Made by a program: the position numbers and the translations under genes. From contig DBHK01000003.1 in the NCBI GenBank assembly GCA_002295635.1, positions 12,561-76,560 of the forward strand: a stretch of DNA of 64,000 nucleotides, read 5' to 3'. Shown here one piece after another: positions 60,129 through 64,000 of the stretch (position 1 is the stretch's first letter; the number at the start of each line of letters is the position of its first letter). The DNA is from Alphaproteobacteria bacterium UBA830. Its GTDB lineage: Bacteria > Pseudomonadota > Alphaproteobacteria > MPNO01 > UBA830. Under the pieces are notes generated by a model. The model was not told where the DNA came from, searched no databases, and worked only from the letters and a program-made list of their open reading frames with translations.

Positions 60129-61184
60129 ATGTTCCTCAAGAATTGCTGGTACGTGGCCGCTTGGTCGAAGGATGTTAGCCGGGAACTTCTCGGTCGGATT
60201 CTACTTAACGAAACCGTGGTGCTCTACCGCAGAAAAGACGGGTCGCCGGTCGCGCTCGAAAACCGCTGTCCTCACCGAAACCTTCCTCTTTCTGAAGGTA
60301 ACCTGATCGACGATGAAATCGAATGCGGCTATCATGGCATGGTTTTCAACAACGATGGCGTCTGCACTCATCTCCCAGGATCTGAAGAACCTCCAGTTTG
60401 GGCGACCGTGAAGCGGTACCCCATTGCGGAGCGTAACGGTTGGGTATTCTATTGGCCGGGGGACCCAAGCCTCGCCGACGAAGATTTGCTGCCTGACTAC
60501 CATAAATATAACGAGGATGAAGACTGGATCCGGGCCCAGGGGCAGACCCATGTAAAGGCAGGTTACAGACTAGTGTTAGATAATTTGCTGGATCTTTCGC
60601 ACTTAACTTTTGTGCATGGCTCAACGACGGGTAATCGTGCAGTGGCAGAATCCGCCGACTTAACCACTGATCTAGAGGGTAATAATGTCCGCGTCACCCG
60701 CTGGATGGAGGATATAGAGCCCGCGTTGGCGTTTCGCGAATATGGGAAATATGAAAACAATATCGATCGCTGGCAGATGAGCCAATTTATCCCTCCCGCT
60801 TACATTAATATTAACAATGGTTCGGTCGATACCGGAGTCGGTGCAGACCAAGAGACACGCAACAACGACCAAGGGAAGTGGGGTTTTGTGGTCTACCACG
60901 CGATGACGCCAGAAACCGATACAACAACACATCAATTCTGGACCGTCGCTGGACATAAGGACAAGGTTCCACAGGATATGCGAGAGCTGTTCGTCGAGCA
61001 GATGCATGGGGTGCTAAAGGAAGACCTCGACATCTATGAAGCGCAGCAGCGCGCTATCGACTTAGATCCAGAATCTCTTAATCGCGATGCCAACCCGCGT
61101 GGCACAATTCCTGCTGACCAAGGATTGCTCTCTATGCGAAGAGTGATCCGTAGGATGTATGGAAACGAACAGAAGGCGATCTAA
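60129..61184 (+). CDS. Rieske oxygenase alpha subunit, alpha-only type (VanA/CntA-like)
   Basis: The 351-aa protein has a CPHRNLPLS...CGYHGMVF Rieske centre. Its size is that of homo-oligomeric class I oxygenases. Confidence 0.8.
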   Translation: MFLKNCWYVAAWSKDVSRELLGRILLNETVVLYRRKDGSPVALENRCPHRNLPLSEGNLIDDEIECGYHGMVFNNDGVCTHLPGSEEPPVWATVKRYPIAERNGWVFYWPGDPSLADEDLLPDYHKYNEDEDWIRAQGQTHVKAGYRLVLDNLLDLSHLTFVHGSTTGNRAVAESADLTTDLEGNNVRVTRWMEDIEPALAFREYGKYENNIDRWQMSQFIPPAYININNGSVDTGVGADQETRNNDQGKWGFVVYHAMTPETDTTTHQFWTVAGHKDKVPQDMRELFVEQMHGVLKEDLDIYEAQQRAIDLDPESLNRDANPRGTIPADQGLLSMRRVIRRMYGNEQKAI

Positions 61185-61344
61185 GTGGTCGAGTAAACTA
61201 TATGCGCGGTCGGTATAAACAACCCCGAGAGACTATATCTATCAGAAAATATGTCTCAATTTCATTATTAGACGACTGGCGGATGGGCAGGAAGAACCAA
61301 TCTTACTGGGCACTTGGAGCTCGACTGAAGGGTCTAAAAGGCAG

Positions 61345-63420
61345 ATGACCATTACGATTCAATCGCCACCCTGGCGAGTCGGGGTAGATGTCGGCGGAAC
61401 ATTTACCGATTTAGTGATTGCTGACAGCGAGGGCCGGACAGAAGTCTTCAAAGTACCATCCGTGCCGGCAGATCCGGGCGAAGGTGTGATCAACGCTCTA
61501 GATGCAGCATGTGTTGCACTAGACCAGACGACCAAAAAATTTCTCGGCGACTGTCAGTTCTTTCTGCACGGCTCGACTGTGGCCACCAACACTCTTCTTG
61601 AAGGCAAGGGTGCTAAGGTCGGATTGCTGACCACTAGAGGTTTCCGAGACAGCCTTGAAGCGCGCCGAGGCTTGCGTAAAGACCCTTGGGATCACCGGAC
61701 ACCTTATCCGCCGGTATTAGTTCCACGTTATTTGCGCCAGCCGGTTGGGGGGAGAATCAATTCTAAAGGAGAAGAAATAGAACCTATCAACTTTGGTGAC
61801 GTCCGCGAAGCATGCCGGATATTTCGCGACGAGGGTGTCGAGTCCATTGCTGTCTGCCTACTTAATAGTTTTGCTAATAGTTCCCATGAAAACGCGGTAG
61901 TGGACCTGTTACGGGAAGAAAGTGGGTGCGATTGGATTTCAGTTTCCTCCGATATCGTCCCGATTATGGGCGAGTACGAAAGAACTTCTACGACGGCGGT
62001 TAACGCATACGTAATGCCCAGAGTTGCTTCTTATTTGACGGCACTACAGAAAAAATTGATCGATATGGGTTTGCAGGCAAAACTTTTAATGTTGCAATCT
62101 AACGGAGGTGCCGCGTCTCTGGATCAGCTAATCCGCCAGCCGGTCAACTTGTTATTGTCGGGACCCTCGGCAGGTGTAGGAGCGATGCATCATTTGGCCG
62201 ATGGGATCGGCGAAAATAATTTGGTTAGCATGGAAATTGGCGGGACCAGTTGCGATGTTATGCTGATGCACGAAGGCCGCGTTGCTATCACAGACTCTCT
62301 ATCCGTAAACGAATACGATCTGGTTACTCCGTCGGTCGATATCCATACGGTCGGTGCAGGCGGCGGTACTATCTCAGGGCTTGATAGTGCCGGACTAATG
62401 TATGCCGGCCCGGAAGGGGCTGGGGCGCGGCCTGGCCCGGCCGCCTACGGCCACGGCGGCACCCGCCCAACGGTTACTGATGCCCACCTAGTGCTTGGAA
62501 GAATGCGTCCTGGCCCTTATGCAGGCGGATCCGTGTCACTAAATATGTCGCTCGCTGAGAAGGCACTTGATACAGAGATCGCGGATCCCGCCGGTATCTC
62601 GCGGATAGATGCTGCTGCCGGCTTGATCCGTATCGTTGAACAGAATCTGCTACACGCGGTCGAACGGATCAGTATTCAGCGCGGTTATAACCCGGGCCGT
62701 TTTATGCTGATCGCGTGCGGAGGCGCTGGCCCGATGCACGGCGCGTCCGTGGGGCGCAAGCTGGGTGCCCGGGCCGTTTATGTTCCACGTCAGGCGGGTG
62801 CGTTCTGTGCAATCGGTATGCAGCATGCCAATGTGCGAAGGGATTTCGTCCACGTCGTTATGCAGGAACTTAACAATGAGGTAACCGACGCGATTTCGAA
62901 GGGTTATAAAAGGTTAGAAACCCAAGCTCTAGAAGCACTGAACAAAGAAGGTTTTGAAAAACAAGATACAGAATTCGACTACGAGCTAGACCTACACTAC
63001 GAAGGCCAGCAATGGGATGTTCGTGTCGTGCTCGATCCAGATGCCACCCCAGAAGATATACGGGTTGCGTTCGAAGTCGAATACGACCGTCAATTCGGCC
63101 ACACTAACCCCGATAGCCGTATCAATATTGCAAAGTTACGGGTGGTTGGTATCGGTAAGTTACCGGCGTTGGAGGATCTTAAGTTTGATCCGGTCTATGA
63201 AGCGGCGATACCTATCGAGACCCGTCCCGTCTACTCCGAATCCGCTGGTGAATTCCTTGACACACCGATTTATCGCGGTGCAGATCTTTATCATGGACAT
63301 AGTTTTTTTGGCCCAGCCATTATTGAAGAGGCAACCACAACAATCCTTGTTGGACCCGGAGACTCTGTAAAAGTAGATCAGCTAAATAATTATCTAGTTA
63401 CCTTCGAGACGGATGGCTGA
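61345..63420 (+). CDS. Hydantoinase A / oxoprolinase family protein (HyuA-like)
   Basis: The 691-aa protein has the conserved N-terminus RVGVDVGGTFTDLV of the Hydantoinase_A/Hydant_A_N family. Confidence 0.85.
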   Translation: MTITIQSPPWRVGVDVGGTFTDLVIADSEGRTEVFKVPSVPADPGEGVINALDAACVALDQTTKKFLGDCQFFLHGSTVATNTLLEGKGAKVGLLTTRGFRDSLEARRGLRKDPWDHRTPYPPVLVPRYLRQPVGGRINSKGEEIEPINFGDVREACRIFRDEGVESIAVCLLNSFANSSHENAVVDLLREESGCDWISVSSDIVPIMGEYERTSTTAVNAYVMPRVASYLTALQKKLIDMGLQAKLLMLQSNGGAASLDQLIRQPVNLLLSGPSAGVGAMHHLADGIGENNLVSMEIGGTSCDVMLMHEGRVAITDSLSVNEYDLVTPSVDIHTVGAGGGTISGLDSAGLMYAGPEGAGARPGPAAYGHGGTRPTVTDAHLVLGRMRPGPYAGGSVSLNMSLAEKALDTEIADPAGISRIDAAAGLIRIVEQNLLHAVERISIQRGYNPGRFMLIACGGAGPMHGASVGRKLGARAVYVPRQAGAFCAIGMQHANVRRDFVHVVMQELNNEVTDAISKGYKRLETQALEALNKEGFEKQDTEFDYELDLHYEGQQWDVRVVLDPDATPEDIRVAFEVEYDRQFGHTNPDSRINIAKLRVVGIGKLPALEDLKFDPVYEAAIPIETRPVYSESAGEFLDTPIYRGADLYHGHSFFGPAIIEEATTTILVGPGDSVKVDQLNNYLVTFETDG

Positions 63421-63424
63421 GCTT

Positions 63425-64000
63425 ATGGGTGCTGAATCTAAGATTAAGAAACTTGATCCCGTCATACTGGCGCTTACCCAAAATCGCCTGGATCATATCT
63501 CTCATCAGATGGGGTGGGTGATGGTGCGCACTGCCCGTAGCCCCATCTTCAGCCAGGCACATGATTTTTCATGCTTTATTGCGGGACCGACAGGAGAGGT
63601 TGTGAGCCAGGCTGACGGAATTCCGATACATACCGGTAGTGGCGGATTTGGAGTTCGAGCGATCTTACGTGATTTTGGCGAAGAATTAGCCGAAGGTGAC
63701 GTATACCTGCTTAATGATCCGTGGGAAGCGGGTGGCAACCATTTGCCGGATTGGGTTATCGCGCGGCCCATCTTCGTCGATGGACAGATGGTTGGGCTAA
63801 CCTGCAATCGTGCACATCAGTCCGATATCGGTGGCGGGGCTGCAGGTGCCTATAACCCCGCTGCAACTGACGCTTGGTCGGAGGGGGTGCGGTTGCCTGT
63901 GCTGAAGCTAGTTGAAGCCGGGAAGACTCGGCAAGACCTCTGGAAACTGCTGATGTTAAATACACGCACGCCTCATCTACAGGATGGAGATTTGCGAGCG
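63425..64000 (+). CDS. Hydantoinase B / oxoprolinase family protein (HyuB-like), N-terminal part; continues beyond the window end
   Basis: Translating from the ATG at 63425 gives MGAESKIKKLDPVILALTQNRLDHISHQMG...LLNDPWEAGGNHLPDW, which is Hydantoinase_B-typical. The reading frame stays open to the window edge. Confidence 0.8.
   Translation, partial: MGAESKIKKLDPVILALTQNRLDHISHQMGWVMVRTARSPIFSQAHDFSCFIAGPTGEVVSQADGIPIHTGSGGFGVRAILRDFGEELAEGDVYLLNDPWEAGGNHLPDWVIARPIFVDGQMVGLTCNRAHQSDIGGGAAGAYNPAATDAWSEGVRLPVLKLVEAGKTRQDLWKLLMLNTRTPHLQDGDLRA

Noticed and set aside
63505-63965. Minus-strand ORFs 63505-63807 and 63756-63965
   Set aside because: They are antisense to a clear HyuB N-terminus encoded on the plus strand from 63425.
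1-64000. CRISPR arrays, rRNA genes, tmRNA, intact IS elements or transposases
   Set aside because: I found no regularly spaced direct repeats and no transposase-like ORFs. The only recombinase signal is the 65-aa integrase fragment.

Overview
This 64-kb window looks like chromosomal DNA from an alphaproteobacterium with roughly 50-55% GC, although the lineage is not certain. The lineage guess rests on conserved synteny: argD-argF-hslO, apaG-metZ, ctaA, trkH and a long DinG-type helicase. The window is densely coding, with about 58 genes. The housekeeping genes are fhs, argD, argF, hslO, trkH, apaG, metZ, ctaA, a DinG-like helicase, glnS and one tRNA-Val(GAC). Accessory catabolic modules sit between them: three Rieske oxygenase loci, none with an adjacent ferredoxin or reductase, plus flavin, GMC and LLM oxidoreductases and an Sdh-like flavoprotein/Fe-S pair. 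A family-III CoA-transferase / acyl-CoA dehydrogenase / double-hotdog hydratase operon has the gene content of a C5-dicarboxylate (itaconate/mesaconate-type) CoA pathway. A putative 7-gene operon (31103-38066) encodes a CoxMSL-type molybdenum hydroxylase, a NitT/TauT ABC importer and a small cupin; a divergent cupin paralog (38191-38727) lies just upstream. An AT-rich islet of about 3.7 kb lies directly 3' of tRNA-Val and carries an integrase remnant, an M23 peptidase, a CPXCG zinc-ribbon protein, a secreted protein and an ABM protein. An OmpR-type two-component system appears to be co-transcribed with a class II CPD photolyase. Near the 3' end are an EpmC-like domain protein and a VanA-type Rieske oxygenase next to hydantoinase A/B. 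I found no CRISPR array, rRNA gene or intact transposase. All calls come from reading the translations and my memory of protein families, because no database search was possible.
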